From assembly GCA_021299095.1 (NCBI GenBank), contig JAJTFW010000007.1, forward strand, positions 5,295 through 69,294: a stretch of DNA of 64,000 nt, written 5' to 3'. Under the pieces are notes generated by a model. That model had not been told where the DNA came from. It saw only the letters and a program-made list of their open reading frames with translations, and made no database searches. A program made the translations under genes and the position numbers. Positions 28,220 through 38,769 of the stretch are shown here, piece by piece (the stretch's first letter is position 1; every line of letters begins with the position of its first letter). The DNA is from Sphingobacteriales bacterium. Lineage in GTDB: Bacteria > Bacteroidota > Bacteroidia > AKYH767-A > OLB10.

Positions 28220-29167
28220 TTATTGTTCAAATCCGCGTGTTTGTGCCAATAAATACAAGACAGCCATGCGGATGGCTACCCCGTTCTCCACCTGATCGAG
28301 AATGATGCTGTTGGGGCTATCCGCTACAGAACTCGATACCTCCACTCCCCTGTTGATGGGTCCTGGGTGCATTATAACAATTTGTTTATCAATGCTATCG
28401 AGTACATTTCGGTCCAAGCCATATTGCATGGTGTATTCCCTGATGGAGGGGAAATACCTTATTTCCTGCCGTTCTGACTGGATACGGAGCATGTTGGCCA
28501 CATCACACCATTCCAGGGCTTTTTTCAAATTGTGTTCTACAGTCACGCCGAGGCTCTCAATGTGCCGCGGAATGAGCGTGGGTGGTCCGCATACCTTTAC
28601 ATGGGCCCCCAGCATTTTAAGGCAGAGAATATTCGAAAGAGCGACCCTCGAATGCAGAATATCACCCACGATAACCACATTAACTCCTTCTACCCTGCCC
28701 AGTTTTTCGCGGATGGAAAATGCATCCAGTAAGGCCTGTGTTGGGTGTTCATGGGTGCCATCGCCTGCGTTGATCACACTGGCGCGTATGTGCTTGGACA
28801 AAAAAAGTGCTGCTCCGGGTTTTGGGTGCCGCATGACTACCATGTCAACCTTCATCGCAAGGATGTTGTTGACTGTATCAATCAGGGTTTCCCCTTTGCT
28901 GACTGATGAAGAAGAAGCGGAGAAGTTGACTACGTCTGCTGAAAGGCGTTTTTCTGCCAATTCGAAGGAGAGACGGGTGCGGGTTGAGTTTTCGAAAAAT
29001 ATGTTTGCCACAGTCACATCCCGCATGGATGGTACCTTCTTGATCGGGCGATTGATGACATCCTTAAACGTATCAGCGGTTTCAAATATGAGCTTTATGT
29101 CATCCGGAACCAGGTTCTTGATGCCCAAAAGATGCTGTACGCTAAGCTTATCAGCCATGCTGTTCAT
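28220..29167 (-). CDS. pyrB: aspartate carbamoyltransferase catalytic subunit
   Basis: STRTR, HPTQ and HPGP signature motifs. Confidence 0.95.
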   Translation of the reverse strand: MNSMADKLSVQHLLGIKNLVPDDIKLIFETADTFKDVINRPIKKVPSMRDVTVANIFFENSTRTRLSFELAEKRLSADVVNFSASSSSVSKGETLIDTVNNILAMKVDMVVMRHPKPGAALFLSKHIRASVINAGDGTHEHPTQALLDAFSIREKLGRVEGVNVVIVGDILHSRVALSNILCLKMLGAHVKVCGPPTLIPRHIESLGVTVEHNLKKALEWCDVANMLRIQSERQEIRYFPSIREYTMQYGLDRNVLDSIDKQIVIMHPGPINRGVEVSSSVADSPNSIILDQVENGVAIRMAVLYLLAQTRGFEQ

Positions 29168-29714
29168 CGTCAGTTAAGAGCCATACACCATCGGCCTCCT
29201 CTCCATCGGTTTGGTGCCAGTGCACCCTGACCTTTTCGGTTGAGATGGTATCGATTGATTTACCGATGTAATCGGGTTCAATGGGAAATTGACGGCTGAA
29301 TTTGCGGTTGATTAATACCAGCAACTCGACCTTGGAAGGTCTTCCGAAGGCAAGCAAAGCATCGAATCCAGCACGTATGGTTCGACCGGTGTAGAGAACG
29401 TCATCGATCATGACCACCTTCTTGTCCTCTACAATGAAATCCATCCGAGTTGCATTGGGAACAATCAGTTCTCGGCGCCGAAAATCATCTCGAAAAAAGC
29501 TTACATCCAGATCACCGCAATGCAAATTAACTCCCGGAATCAGTTCGGTGAGCCGAGCACGAATGCGTTGCGCCAGATGGATTCCACGAGGCTGAAGTCC
29601 AACAAGTACTGTGTCTTTAAAATCTCCGTGGGATTCGATCAACTGAAAACAAAGTCGATCAATTGAAATGGCAAGCAACTCAGCGTTGAAAATGAGTTTC
29701 TTGCTCATTACCAT
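29151..29714 (-). CDS. pyrR: bifunctional pyr operon regulator / uracil phosphoribosyltransferase PyrR
   Basis: PRPP-binding motif VVMIDDVLYTGRT. About 187 aa from ATG 29714. It overlaps the pyrB start by 17 nt. Confidence 0.9.
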   Translation of the reverse strand: MVMSKKLIFNAELLAISIDRLCFQLIESHGDFKDTVLVGLQPRGIHLAQRIRARLTELIPGVNLHCGDLDVSFFRDDFRRRELIVPNATRMDFIVEDKKVVMIDDVLYTGRTIRAGFDALLAFGRPSKVELLVLINRKFSRQFPIEPDYIGKSIDTISTEKVRVHWHQTDGEEADGVWLLTDDEQHG

Positions 29715-29761
29715 GCTGCGAAGGTACGCAATTGGGTTCGGTCTGTAAAAGAACTTGCGGA

Positions 29762-29796
29762 ATAAAAAACGAAGGCCCTCCATCCGGAGGGCCTTC
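29762..29796 (-). terminator. rho-independent terminator after rpsA
   Basis: Minus strand: gaaggccctcc-ggat-ggagggccttc (11-bp perfect stem) followed by gttttttatt. Confidence 0.8.
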
Positions 29797-29824
29797 ACAT
29801 GAATTAAGTGACGGATTTAGTAGA

Positions 29825-31666
29825 TCAGGCGTTCTCCTGATTACCGCCTTCAAGCGTATTCTTCAATGCAGCAAGTGCTGAGATATCGCCGAGGGTGGAC
29901 TTCTCCTGACTATCCTTCAGCTTCTTAACGGCTTTTGCGGTATTGCTGACTTCCGCTTCACGATCATTGCTTTCCGACTTCTTGATTTCGGCTGCCTTTT
30001 CGTTGAAGATTCGGGTATGTGATACCACGATGCGACGGTTTTCTTTGCTGAACTCGATGACTTTGAAATCGAGGGTATCGTGTTCTTTCGCGACACTTCC
30101 GTCTTCTTTCTGAAGTTGGCGGTAAGGAGCGAAAGCTTCTACGCCATAGGTAGTAAAGGTGACATTAGCGCCCTTATCGGTGACTTTGCCCAAAACACCC
30201 TGGTGCACGGAATTGATACTGAAGATAGACTCATAGGTTTCCCAAGGATTGTCTTCGAGCTGTTTGTGCCCGAGGCTGAGCCTGCGGTTCTCGACATCCA
30301 CTTCCAGTACAACAACTTCCAGCTCTTCACCGATTTTGGTGAATTCTGAGGGGTGTTTCACTTTCTTGTTCCAGCTCAAGTCGGAGATGTGAATCAGGCC
30401 ATCTACGCCCTCCTCCAATTCAACGAATACACCGAAATTGGTAAAGTTGCGGACCTTGGCTTTGTGACGGCTACCGACTGGATATTTGGCGAGGATGGCT
30501 CCCCATGGATCTGGAGTAAGCTGTTTAAGACCAAGCGACATTTTGTGCTCATCGCGATCGACGCTCAGAATAACCGTTTCAACTTCATCGCCTACCTTGA
30601 GGAAATCCTGTGGGCTGCGCAGGTGTTGCGACCATGACATTTCAGAGACGTGGATCAAGCCCTCAACACCGGGGATGATTTCAACGAATGCACCATAATC
30701 GGTCAGAACGACCACACGACCCTTGATTTTGTCTCCGGCTTTGAGGCTCTGATCCAATGATTCCCAAGGCTGTGGGGTAAGTTGTTTGAGGCCAAGAGCG
30801 ATACGCTTTTTCTCCTCATCGAAATCGAGGATAACAACGTTGATACGCTGATCGAGCTTGAGAACTTCTTCGGGGTGGCTGATACGTCCCCAGCTGATGT
30901 CGGTGATGTGCAGGAGTCCGTCAACACCGCCGAGATCCATGAACACACCATAGGATGTGATGTTCTTGACAGTACCTTCCAGAACCTGGCCTTTCTCGAG
31001 CTTAGACATGATCTCAAGTTTCTGCTTCTCGAGCTCGTTTTCGATAAGCACCTTGTGTGAAACCACCACGTTTTTGAATTCCTGGTTGATTTTGACAACC
31101 TTGAATTCCATGGTTTTTCCAACGTAGATATCGTAATCACGGATGGGCTTGACGTCGATCTGGGAACCAGGCAGGAAAGCCTCGATTCCGAAAACGTCGA
31201 CAATAAGACCACCTTTGGTGCGGCATTTTACAAAGCCGGTTACCACCTCATCTTTCTCGAGGGCAGCGTTAACGCGATCCCATGATTTGACCGCACGTGC
31301 CTTTTTGTGCGAAAGGAGAAGCTGTCCGTTTTTGTCCTCTGCCGTCTCAACATATACTTCCACCTGGTCACCGACTTTGAGGTCGGGCATATGGCGGAAC
31401 TCAGCCAGTGGAACCAGTCCATCGCTTTTGTAGCCGATGTTGATGACAGCTTCCTTGCTGGTGAGGCCAATCACAGCACCCATCACGATTTCACGCTCGA
31501 GTACTTGATTGAGTTTCTGATCGTACAAGGCTTCAAGACGTACGCGGTCTTCGCTCTTGTAGGTGTCAAATGCCTTTCCCGTTGTGTCCCAATCGAAATC
31601 GTTGGGGTCAGGGGTGGCGAATTTCACTGTGGAGAGTTTCTCCTTTGTATTGATAGTTGAATCCAT
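29825..31666 (-). CDS. rpsA: 30S ribosomal protein S1
   Basis: Six S1 (OB-fold) repeats. 613 aa. Confidence 0.95.
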   Translation of the reverse strand: MDSTINTKEKLSTVKFATPDPNDFDWDTTGKAFDTYKSEDRVRLEALYDQKLNQVLEREIVMGAVIGLTSKEAVINIGYKSDGLVPLAEFRHMPDLKVGDQVEVYVETAEDKNGQLLLSHKKARAVKSWDRVNAALEKDEVVTGFVKCRTKGGLIVDVFGIEAFLPGSQIDVKPIRDYDIYVGKTMEFKVVKINQEFKNVVVSHKVLIENELEKQKLEIMSKLEKGQVLEGTVKNITSYGVFMDLGGVDGLLHITDISWGRISHPEEVLKLDQRINVVILDFDEEKKRIALGLKQLTPQPWESLDQSLKAGDKIKGRVVVLTDYGAFVEIIPGVEGLIHVSEMSWSQHLRSPQDFLKVGDEVETVILSVDRDEHKMSLGLKQLTPDPWGAILAKYPVGSRHKAKVRNFTNFGVFVELEEGVDGLIHISDLSWNKKVKHPSEFTKIGEELEVVVLEVDVENRRLSLGHKQLEDNPWETYESIFSINSVHQGVLGKVTDKGANVTFTTYGVEAFAPYRQLQKEDGSVAKEHDTLDFKVIEFSKENRRIVVSHTRIFNEKAAEIKKSESNDREAEVSNTAKAVKKLKDSQEKSTLGDISALAALKNTLEGGNQENA

Positions 31667-31822
31667 CTGGGCAATGACCTATCGGCAGGAATGGCCTGCT
31701 TAGGGGAGCGCAAAGATAAGCAATCCGATCAACTTCGCAAATGCGTTCAGACATGCAAATTCACGCTCATGCACCATAGCCAGAAAACGACCGATTATTT
31801 ATGTATAGAGCTAAAAATCAAA

Positions 31823-32716
31823 TTATTGTGCAGGAACCGCAACCATATTGCGGATGGCATCAGCAACTTTTTCCATCAGCCACATAGGTGTTGACGTAGC
31901 CCCTGCAATGCCAACACTGGATTTCCCCTGAAACCAAACGGAAAGCAGTTCGTCCGGATTTGAAACAAAGTGAGTTTCGGGATTTGTTTGTAAACAGACG
32001 CCATAGAGTGCCTTTCCATTCGAACTCTTTTTTCCGCTGACAAAGACAATTACATCGTGTTGGGTGGCAAAACGCCTGAGTTGGGGCTCACGATTGGATA
32101 CTTGCCTGCACAAGGTGTCGTTCGAAACAAAATCGCCTTCTTCCAGTGAACCTTTGTGTTGGATGATTCGCTCCTGGATTAACCGTTCCATACGCTCGAA
32201 TCCGGCCGTGCTCTTGGTGGTTTGGGTGAAGAAATGAACCGGCCGGCTGTAATCGATGCCATCCAGGTCCTGCTCTTCATAAACAACCAAGGCTTTTCCA
32301 TCCGTTTGACCCACAAGACCGTTCACCTCGGCATGACCTTTCTGGCCATAAATAACGACTTGACCGCCGTCATCCTGGCTGTGATCGAAACTGGTACGAA
32401 CCCTGTGTTGAAGTTTTAAAACCACCGGGCAGGAAGCATCAATTAACGTGATGTTGTTCTTTAAGGCCAGCTCGTAGGTGGATGGAGGCTCACCGTGTGC
32501 TCTTATCAAGACTGAGCAATCGCGGAGTTCTGAAAGTCGATCATGATCGATGATCTCGAGACCCTTCGCTTTCAACCGTTCCACCTCTTCGCCGTTGTGA
32601 ACAATATCTCCCAAGCAAAAGAGGCGACCATTCCGGTCCAGCTCGTCTTCTGCCATCTGAATGGCATACACCACGCCGAAGCAAAAGCCGGATTGGGGGT
32701 CTATGGTAATGTTCAT
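31823..32716 (-). CDS. ispH: 4-hydroxy-3-methylbut-2-enyl diphosphate reductase
   Basis: GFCFGV, ASCPVV and HN/SSN motifs. ATG at 32716 is preferred. Confidence 0.9.
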   Translation of the reverse strand: MNITIDPQSGFCFGVVYAIQMAEDELDRNGRLFCLGDIVHNGEEVERLKAKGLEIIDHDRLSELRDCSVLIRAHGEPPSTYELALKNNITLIDASCPVVLKLQHRVRTSFDHSQDDGGQVVIYGQKGHAEVNGLVGQTDGKALVVYEEQDLDGIDYSRPVHFFTQTTKSTAGFERMERLIQERIIQHKGSLEEGDFVSNDTLCRQVSNREPQLRRFATQHDVIVFVSGKKSSNGKALYGVCLQTNPETHFVSNPDELLSVWFQGKSSVGIAGATSTPMWLMEKVADAIRNMVAVPAQ

Positions 32717-32751
32717 TTCCACTTTGGTTAACAAGTAACCTGCATTTTGGT

Positions 32752-33468
32752 TTAGACGTTTGCGCCTACTTCGAGCAAGGGTTTTATACGTTCGAGTACG
32801 AATGCGATTTGTTCCTCACGATCCATGTGGCTGTTGTCAAGCACGATGGCATCGCTGGCCTTTCTCAGAGGACTTTCCTGCCGGTGACTGTCTTCATGAT
32901 CCCGCTCTACTACATTACGCAACACCGAATCAAACTCGGTGTTTTGGCCCTTGGCCATTAGTTCTTCATGGCGGCGCTGTGCTCGAATTTTTGGATCCGC
33001 GGTCATGAATACTTTAAGGTGAGCATGCGGAAATACGGTGGTTCCGATATCGCGGCCATCCATTACTAGGCTTCCATCCTCCCCCGACTCGCGCTGCAGG
33101 TCAACCATGCGATGTCGAACCTGGGGAATAGCACTTACGTGGCTTACCTGGTTGCTGACGTCCATGGTCCGGATCTCATCTTCCACGGGTTCGCCATTGA
33201 GCAAAATCTCGCTTCGACCGCTATTCGGATTCACCCTGAAGGTGATCAGGATTTTGTCCAAAATGGGCGCATAGTCGGTTTTGTCGCTAAGCAGTTCCAC
33301 AGGGCCCGGAATCGGAAGCGCGTTTCGAAGGAAATACAAGGTGACCGCCCTGTACATTGCTCCAGAATCGATGTATCGAATGCCGAGCCGACGCGCCAAC
33401 TCACGGGCGACAGTGCTTTTTCCGCAGGATGAATACCCATCGATAGCAACAATCAGCTTTCGGCTCAT
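32752..33468 (-). CDS. cmk: (d)CMP kinase
   Basis: IAIDGYSSCGKST P-loop, then DSGAMYR and GRDIGTTVFP. Confidence 0.9.
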   Translation of the reverse strand: MSRKLIVAIDGYSSCGKSTVARELARRLGIRYIDSGAMYRAVTLYFLRNALPIPGPVELLSDKTDYAPILDKILITFRVNPNSGRSEILLNGEPVEDEIRTMDVSNQVSHVSAIPQVRHRMVDLQRESGEDGSLVMDGRDIGTTVFPHAHLKVFMTADPKIRAQRRHEELMAKGQNTEFDSVLRNVVERDHEDSHRQESPLRKASDAIVLDNSHMDREEQIAFVLERIKPLLEVGANV

Positions 33469-33508
33469 GGATGCAAAGATAGGTCATAGGTCTTGCCCCT
33501 GTATGCGA

Positions 33509-34273
33509 TCAGATCTCAATAGTCAATCCGTCGTAGGCAATCTGGATATTGGATGGCAGCTCGGACGAGACCTGGCTGTGTAACCCCATCTGGTGACTAA
33601 GGTGTGTCAGGTATCCGTTTTCAGGACATAAATCATTCATGAGTCCGATTGCTTCCTCCAAAGTGAAATGAGAAATATGCGGTTCCCGCCTTAGGGCATT
33701 CAATACGATGCACCGGCTTCCCCTGACCTTCTGAAGTTCATCTTGTGCGATCGATTTCGCATCGGTAATGTAGGTAAAGGGACCGATTCTGAAGCCGAAG
33801 ACATCCATCAGGTAGTGTTTAACCCGGATGGGTGTGAACTCCAGTGTTCCTACCCGGAATGGCCTAGAATCGATTGTAATTAGATTTAGTTCCGGAACTC
33901 CGGGATAACGAACGGACTCAAATGCGTAATGGAATTCTCTTCGAATGGCCTGCTGGACTGCATCACTTGCATACAAATCGATGGCCTTTCCGACCTGAAA
34001 GTTAAATGCGCGTACATCATCCAGACCTGCCAAATGATCTTTGTGTTCATGGGTAAACACCAACCCATCCAATTTCTTTACACCTGCCCTGAGCATTTGC
34101 TGCCTGAAATCAGGACCCGAATCAATCACCACCGTAGTGGTACCATCTTCAATGAGTACAGAAGTCCGTAGCCGCTTGTCACGCGGATCGGCAGAAATAC
34201 AGGTATCACACGAACACGCAATAACCGGAACGCCTTGTGAAGTGCCTGTGCCGAGAAAAGTTACTTTGAGCAA
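33509..34273 (-). CDS. MBL-fold metallo-hydrolase (PhnP-like)
   Basis: KVTFLGTGTSQGVP and HEHKDH motifs. A TTG start at 34273 avoids overlap with the upstream gene. Confidence 0.7.
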   Translation of the reverse strand: MLKVTFLGTGTSQGVPVIACSCDTCISADPRDKRLRTSVLIEDGTTTVVIDSGPDFRQQMLRAGVKKLDGLVFTHEHKDHLAGLDDVRAFNFQVGKAIDLYASDAVQQAIRREFHYAFESVRYPGVPELNLITIDSRPFRVGTLEFTPIRVKHYLMDVFGFRIGPFTYITDAKSIAQDELQKVRGSRCIVLNALRREPHISHFTLEEAIGLMNDLCPENGYLTHLSHQMGLHSQVSSELPSNIQIAYDGLTIEI

Positions 34274-34295
34274 GGACTTGGTGGTTGAAATGAGG

Positions 34296-34649
34296 TCAGT
34301 TACCGGCGCCTTCAACAGCGGCAACCTCAACTTCGTCAGCAACCGGATCAACCGATTCAGGCGAATCATTGCCAAATTCGAGTTCGGCTGTGGACTGGAT
34401 CGGGTTTTTCAATCCGACGGAACGAAGGTCGGCTACCAGTACCCCGGATGACGAAAGTCCCTGAATAATTTCGAGAAGCGATTGCATCCTGCTTTCGGGT
34501 GTCGAAAACTTGTTGATGACGACGACTTTCTTAGCCTCGAGAACGCAATAATTGGATTTGAAATTCCCCTTTTCGTAACGGAGCTCATAGCCTCCATTGC
34601 GCAGCAGCTCCTCAAGCTTCTTCAGGTATGCAGGTGAAAACTTGGCCAT
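34296..34649 (-). CDS. hypothetical protein, 117 aa, with an acidic C-terminal tail
   Basis: ORF from ATG 34649 (MAKFSPAYLKKLEELL...). No domain recognised. Confidence 0.5.
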   Translation of the reverse strand: MAKFSPAYLKKLEELLRNGGYELRYEKGNFKSNYCVLEAKKVVVINKFSTPESRMQSLLEIIQGLSSSGVLVADLRSVGLKNPIQSTAELEFGNDSPESVDPVADEVEVAAVEGAGN

Positions 34650-34797
34650 GACGGTTTCAAAATTCGGGTTTTTTACGCCGTTTAGCAAGATTGTTGTGAT
34701 GATATTATGAACACAAGCATGATTTTGAACCTGTATTACCCTGCTGCCTGCTTTTGCCGTAAATTCGCAGCCGCTAATCAACCAACGCGAATTGCCG

Positions 34798-35904
34798 ATG
34801 CTGCTGGGAATCCTATCAGAAACCAAAGAAAAAGAGTGCAGGGTTGCACTCACCCCCGATGTGTGTTCTCAACTGATCGCATCGGGATTTTCCGTAATGA
34901 TAGAGCGTGGTGCCGGACTTCGGTCGTATTACTCGGATGAGCACTACACATCGGTTGGAGTTGAAGTCGTTGCCGAGGCTTCGTCGGTTTATGGAAAAGC
35001 AGATGTCGTCCTGAAGGTGAATGCCCCGAATCCATCCGAAATCGCACTCATGCGCAAGGGCTCGGTACTGATCAGTTTCATGTGGGCGGCCACACACCCC
35101 GAACTTGTTCAGGCTTGTCAAAACCAAGGGATTTCAGCATTTTCGGTGGATGCTATTCCACGTATATCCCGTGCACAGAAAATGGATGCCTTGAGTTCGC
35201 AAGCTAACTTGGCGGGCTATAAGAGTGTTTTGCTGGGTGCCAATTCACTTGGTAAAATCTTTCCACTTCTGATGACTGCAGCAGGTACCATCAAGCCTGC
35301 CAAAGTCGTCATTTTTGGTGCGGGAGTTGCCGGTCTACAGGCCATCGCTACTGCAAAACGCTTGGGCGCTATTGTAGAAGTGACAGACATTCGCCCGGAA
35401 ACGAAAGAACAGGTCGAATCCCTTGGTGGTAAATTCATCCAGGTAAAGGGGGATGATTCCATCCGTATTGAAGGTGGATATGTGAAGGGTGTTTCGGAAG
35501 AATTCCTGAAAAATCAGCAGGAACTTGTGGCCAAACACGTTGCGGAGGCCGACCTTGTTATAACTACTGCCCTTATACCCGGAAAAAAGGCACCCATGCT
35601 GGTTACTGAAGACATGGTTAAGAGCATGCGACTTGGTTCGGTGATTGTCGACATGGCTGTTGAGCAAGGGGGGAATTGTGCCGTAAGTGAATTGAATAAA
35701 ACCGTGGTTAAACACGGTGTAACAGTCATCGGCGAAAGTAATTTGCCCTCCCTCCTGCCCCTGAACGCAAGCGACCTGTATGCAAAAAACATCCAGACCT
35801 TCCTCCTGCATCTTGCCAGCAAAGATGGTTTCCGCTGGGAGCTGGATGAAGAAATTACCAAGGGGTCACTGATCGTGCACAACGGCAGCCCGATGCAATC
35901 CTGA
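34798..35904 (+). CDS. pntAA: NAD(P) transhydrogenase subunit alpha, part 1
   Basis: Alanine-dehydrogenase/PNT fold with the NAD-binding motif VVIFGAGVAGLQA. Confidence 0.9.
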   Translation: MLLGILSETKEKECRVALTPDVCSQLIASGFSVMIERGAGLRSYYSDEHYTSVGVEVVAEASSVYGKADVVLKVNAPNPSEIALMRKGSVLISFMWAATHPELVQACQNQGISAFSVDAIPRISRAQKMDALSSQANLAGYKSVLLGANSLGKIFPLLMTAAGTIKPAKVVIFGAGVAGLQAIATAKRLGAIVEVTDIRPETKEQVESLGGKFIQVKGDDSIRIEGGYVKGVSEEFLKNQQELVAKHVAEADLVITTALIPGKKAPMLVTEDMVKSMRLGSVIVDMAVEQGGNCAVSELNKTVVKHGVTVIGESNLPSLLPLNASDLYAKNIQTFLLHLASKDGFRWELDEEITKGSLIVHNGSPMQS

Positions 35905-35933
35905 TTCAGATTATCTCCAATACTTGATTTTAT

Positions 35934-36239
35934 ATGGAACAACTTCTCGAATTCATTACCATCCACCGCGAAATGATTTATTTCGTCTTGCTCTCCGTAT
36001 TCGTCGGTGTAGAAGTCATCGGTGGAGTTCCAACGGTACTGCACACCCCATTGATGAGCGGAGCAAACGCAATACATGGAGTGGTAATTGTTGGTGCCAT
36101 TTACGTAATGCTTAATGTCGACCCCTCGAACACGCTAGCTCTTATATTGGGATTTCTTGCCGTACTCTTGGGGACGCTGAATGTTGTCGGTGGCTTCGTT
36201 GTCACCGATCGTATGCTGGGAATGTTCAAGAAAAAGTGA
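35934..36239 (+). CDS. pntAB: NAD(P) transhydrogenase subunit alpha, part 2 (membrane)
   Basis: 101 aa with 3-4 TM helices and the motif HTPLMSGANAIHG. Confidence 0.85.
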   Translation: MEQLLEFITIHREMIYFVLLSVFVGVEVIGGVPTVLHTPLMSGANAIHGVVIVGAIYVMLNVDPSNTLALILGFLAVLLGTLNVVGGFVVTDRMLGMFKKK

Positions 36240-36263
36240 TTTGCACCCGATAACACCAAGCCT

Positions 36264-37673
36264 ATGAAGAGCGCCTTGCTCGAAATTTCTTACCTAATCG
36301 GTTCTGTCACATTCATCCTCGGGTTGAAAATGATGGGTAACCCGAAAACTGCACGCCGTGGTAATTTGCTGGGTGCGGTTGGAATGACGATTGCAATCGT
36401 CGGCACTATATTTTTATTTGAGAAACAGGACCACGGTGCTGTTGATGAATCCTATTCGGTCCCCGGGCTTGTTTACGCTCTGATTTTCGGTGCAATCGCG
36501 CTTGGTACTGTAGTCGGTTGGCTTACCGCCAAGCGAGTGCAAATGACCAAGATGCCCGAATTGGTATCCATGTTCAATGGAATGGGTGGTGCATGTGCCG
36601 CATTGATCGGATTGATGGAGTATGAACACAACCTTGGTCAAACCGGTGCGCTCTCAGCTATCGTGGCCGGAATGGTTATTGGTTCAGTTTCGTTTAGTGG
36701 TTCTATCATCGCCTACCTGAAGCTTAATGGCAGCATGAGGCAGCCGATTCGACTTCCCCAATACAATGTGATCAACACCCTGGTCATGGCCGGAGTAGCT
36801 GCATTCAGTGTATGGATGGTCATCACATCGCCTTCAGACCCATTCATTCTGTATGTTTTGTTTGCGTGTGCAATCGTGTATGGGATTTTATTCACCATTC
36901 CGATTGGAGGGGCCGATATGCCAGTGGTTATTTCGCTGCTAAACTCATTCACCGGACTGGCCGCAGCTTTTGGCGGATTCCTGTATGACAACAAAGTGAT
37001 GCTTACCGGTGGTATCCTGGTTGGCTCTGCCGGAACCTTGCTAACGCTGGTGATGTGCAAGGCGATGAACCGGCCGCTCAGCAATGTGATTTTTGGTGCA
37101 TTCGGAGCTACTGGTGCGAGCAGCGATCGCGAAATCAAGGGCAATATCAAGGATATTGGAGTGAGCGATACGGCCGTGCTGATGAATTATTCCAAAAAGG
37201 TTGTGATTGTTCCCGGTTACGGTCTGGCGGTTGCTCAGGCTCAACACGTCATTCACGAGCTTGAGTCTATTCTTGAAGCACGTGGCGTGACGGTGAAATA
37301 TGCTATTCACCCCGTTGCAGGCCGAATGCCAGGTCACATGAACGTCCTTTTGGCCGAATCGAACGTATCATACGACAAGTTGGTTGAGATGGAAGATATC
37401 AATCCGGAGTTTGCCAGCACAGATGTCGTATTGGTTGTTGGAGCAAACGATGTCGTCAATCCTGCCGCAAAGAACGATCCTGCATCTCCTATTTATGGAA
37501 TGCCGATTCTTGATGTAGAGAATGCACAGCATATCATTGTCAATAAGCGCTCCATGAGCGCTGGATATGCCGGGATTGAAAACGAGCTGTTTTTCAATCC
37601 AAAAACCAGCATGCTTTTTGGCGATGCCAAGGACGTTTTGACAAAACTCGTAACCGAGTTAAAGAGCCTCTGA
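36264..37673 (+). CDS. pntB: NAD(P) transhydrogenase subunit beta
   Basis: Polytopic N-terminal half and a C-terminal dIII domain (GYGLAVAQAQH, HPVAGRMPGHMNVLLAE). Confidence 0.95.
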   Translation: MKSALLEISYLIGSVTFILGLKMMGNPKTARRGNLLGAVGMTIAIVGTIFLFEKQDHGAVDESYSVPGLVYALIFGAIALGTVVGWLTAKRVQMTKMPELVSMFNGMGGACAALIGLMEYEHNLGQTGALSAIVAGMVIGSVSFSGSIIAYLKLNGSMRQPIRLPQYNVINTLVMAGVAAFSVWMVITSPSDPFILYVLFACAIVYGILFTIPIGGADMPVVISLLNSFTGLAAAFGGFLYDNKVMLTGGILVGSAGTLLTLVMCKAMNRPLSNVIFGAFGATGASSDREIKGNIKDIGVSDTAVLMNYSKKVVIVPGYGLAVAQAQHVIHELESILEARGVTVKYAIHPVAGRMPGHMNVLLAESNVSYDKLVEMEDINPEFASTDVVLVVGANDVVNPAAKNDPASPIYGMPILDVENAQHIIVNKRSMSAGYAGIENELFFNPKTSMLFGDAKDVLTKLVTELKSL

Positions 37674-37695
37674 TTTTCCGAGGTGCACTCGGGCT

Positions 37696-38739
37696 TTATT
37701 TAAATCGAATACGGTGTCCTGAGTCGTATTCCATGACCTGACCAATTTCAATCAGGCACGATGGGTTTACCTTGTCCTCCTGCATCATGGCAATCAACTC
37801 TTCCCGCTGTTCGGGAGCGAGTGAAATAAGCAATCCCCCACTGGTTTGGGGGTCGCAGCCAATTTGAAGCAGTCGAACATCGGGTTCTTCAATCAAATGG
37901 CCATAGCTGTTCCAGTTTCGGTAGGTAATGGCAGGTACGGTATGTCGTAAAAGGCAATCGTCAACACCCGGAAACACGGGTAGTCTATCCTTGTGTAGCA
38001 TAGCCATCATCCCACTGCCCTCAAGCATCTCGATTAAATGTCCAAACAAACCGAAACCCGTTACATCGGTAAGTGCATGAACTCCGCCCAGATCTCCCAA
38101 CCTTGCACCTAAAGAATTGAGCTTACACATCGATTCTATGGCCACAGTGAAATCCTGTTCGTCAACGCCGCCCATTTTTACTGCAGTGGTGAGAATTCCA
38201 GCTCCCAGTGGCTTAGTCAGGAAAAGCAAGTCGCCGGCACGAGCCGTATCATTTCGCTGTAGGTGCGAAGCGGTAACCAATCCGTTCACGGCTAGTCCAA
38301 ATATGGGTTCAGGTGAATCGATACTGTGTCCGCCGGCAAGGGGGATTCCTGCCGCTTTGCATGCGTCTCGGCCTCCGGCCAGTACCGCTGATGCCAATTC
38401 TGCGGGAAGTTTATCGACCGGCCAGCCTAAAATTGCCACTGCAAGATTGGGTCGACCTCCCATGGCGAACACGTCCGAAATAGCGTTTGTAGCTGCTATG
38501 CGTCCGAAGGTGTAGGCATCGTCTACAATCGGCATGAAAAAATCCGTGGTTGAAATCAACGCCAAACCATTGCCGAGATCGAGTACTGCGGCGTCATCGC
38601 GTGAACCATTTCCAACCAGCAAGCCGGGAAATTCATCGCCGGTTTTGTTTCCCTTCAGAATCTCATCCAACACGGCCGGTGCGATCTTGCAACCACAACC
38701 ATAGCCGTGACTGAATTGAGTTAATTTAATTTCATTCAT
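37696..38739 (-). CDS. selD: selenide, water dikinase (Cys-type)
   Basis: LTQFSHGYGCGCKI N-terminal active-site loop (Cys, not TGA/Sec) and an AIR-synthase-like fold. Confidence 0.9.
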   Translation of the reverse strand: MNEIKLTQFSHGYGCGCKIAPAVLDEILKGNKTGDEFPGLLVGNGSRDDAAVLDLGNGLALISTTDFFMPIVDDAYTFGRIAATNAISDVFAMGGRPNLAVAILGWPVDKLPAELASAVLAGGRDACKAAGIPLAGGHSIDSPEPIFGLAVNGLVTASHLQRNDTARAGDLLFLTKPLGAGILTTAVKMGGVDEQDFTVAIESMCKLNSLGARLGDLGGVHALTDVTGFGLFGHLIEMLEGSGMMAMLHKDRLPVFPGVDDCLLRHTVPAITYRNWNSYGHLIEEPDVRLLQIGCDPQTSGGLLISLAPEQREELIAMMQEDKVNPSCLIEIGQVMEYDSGHRIRFK

Positions 38740-38769
38740 CTTTGGTAATCAATTATTTACTGATTCTAT

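Noticed and set aside
28302-29177. A 291-aa ORF on the plus strand, antisense to almost all of pyrB.
   Set aside because: pyrB on the minus strand has unmistakable ATCase motifs. The antisense translation is low-complexity (S/T/R/M-rich) with no motifs. Many other genes in this window also carry long stop-free antisense frames, so this looks like a codon-usage side effect.
29762-29796. The hairpin upstream of pyrR, considered as a PyrR-binding attenuator. The loop region UCCGGAUGGAGG loosely resembles the PyrR site UCCAGAGAGG.
   Set aside because: It is a perfect 11-bp stem with a 4-nt loop and a U-tract, directly after rpsA. It lacks the purine-rich internal loop of known PyrR sites, so the simplest reading is the rpsA terminator. 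Read-through regulation of pyrR-pyrB cannot be excluded from the sequence alone.
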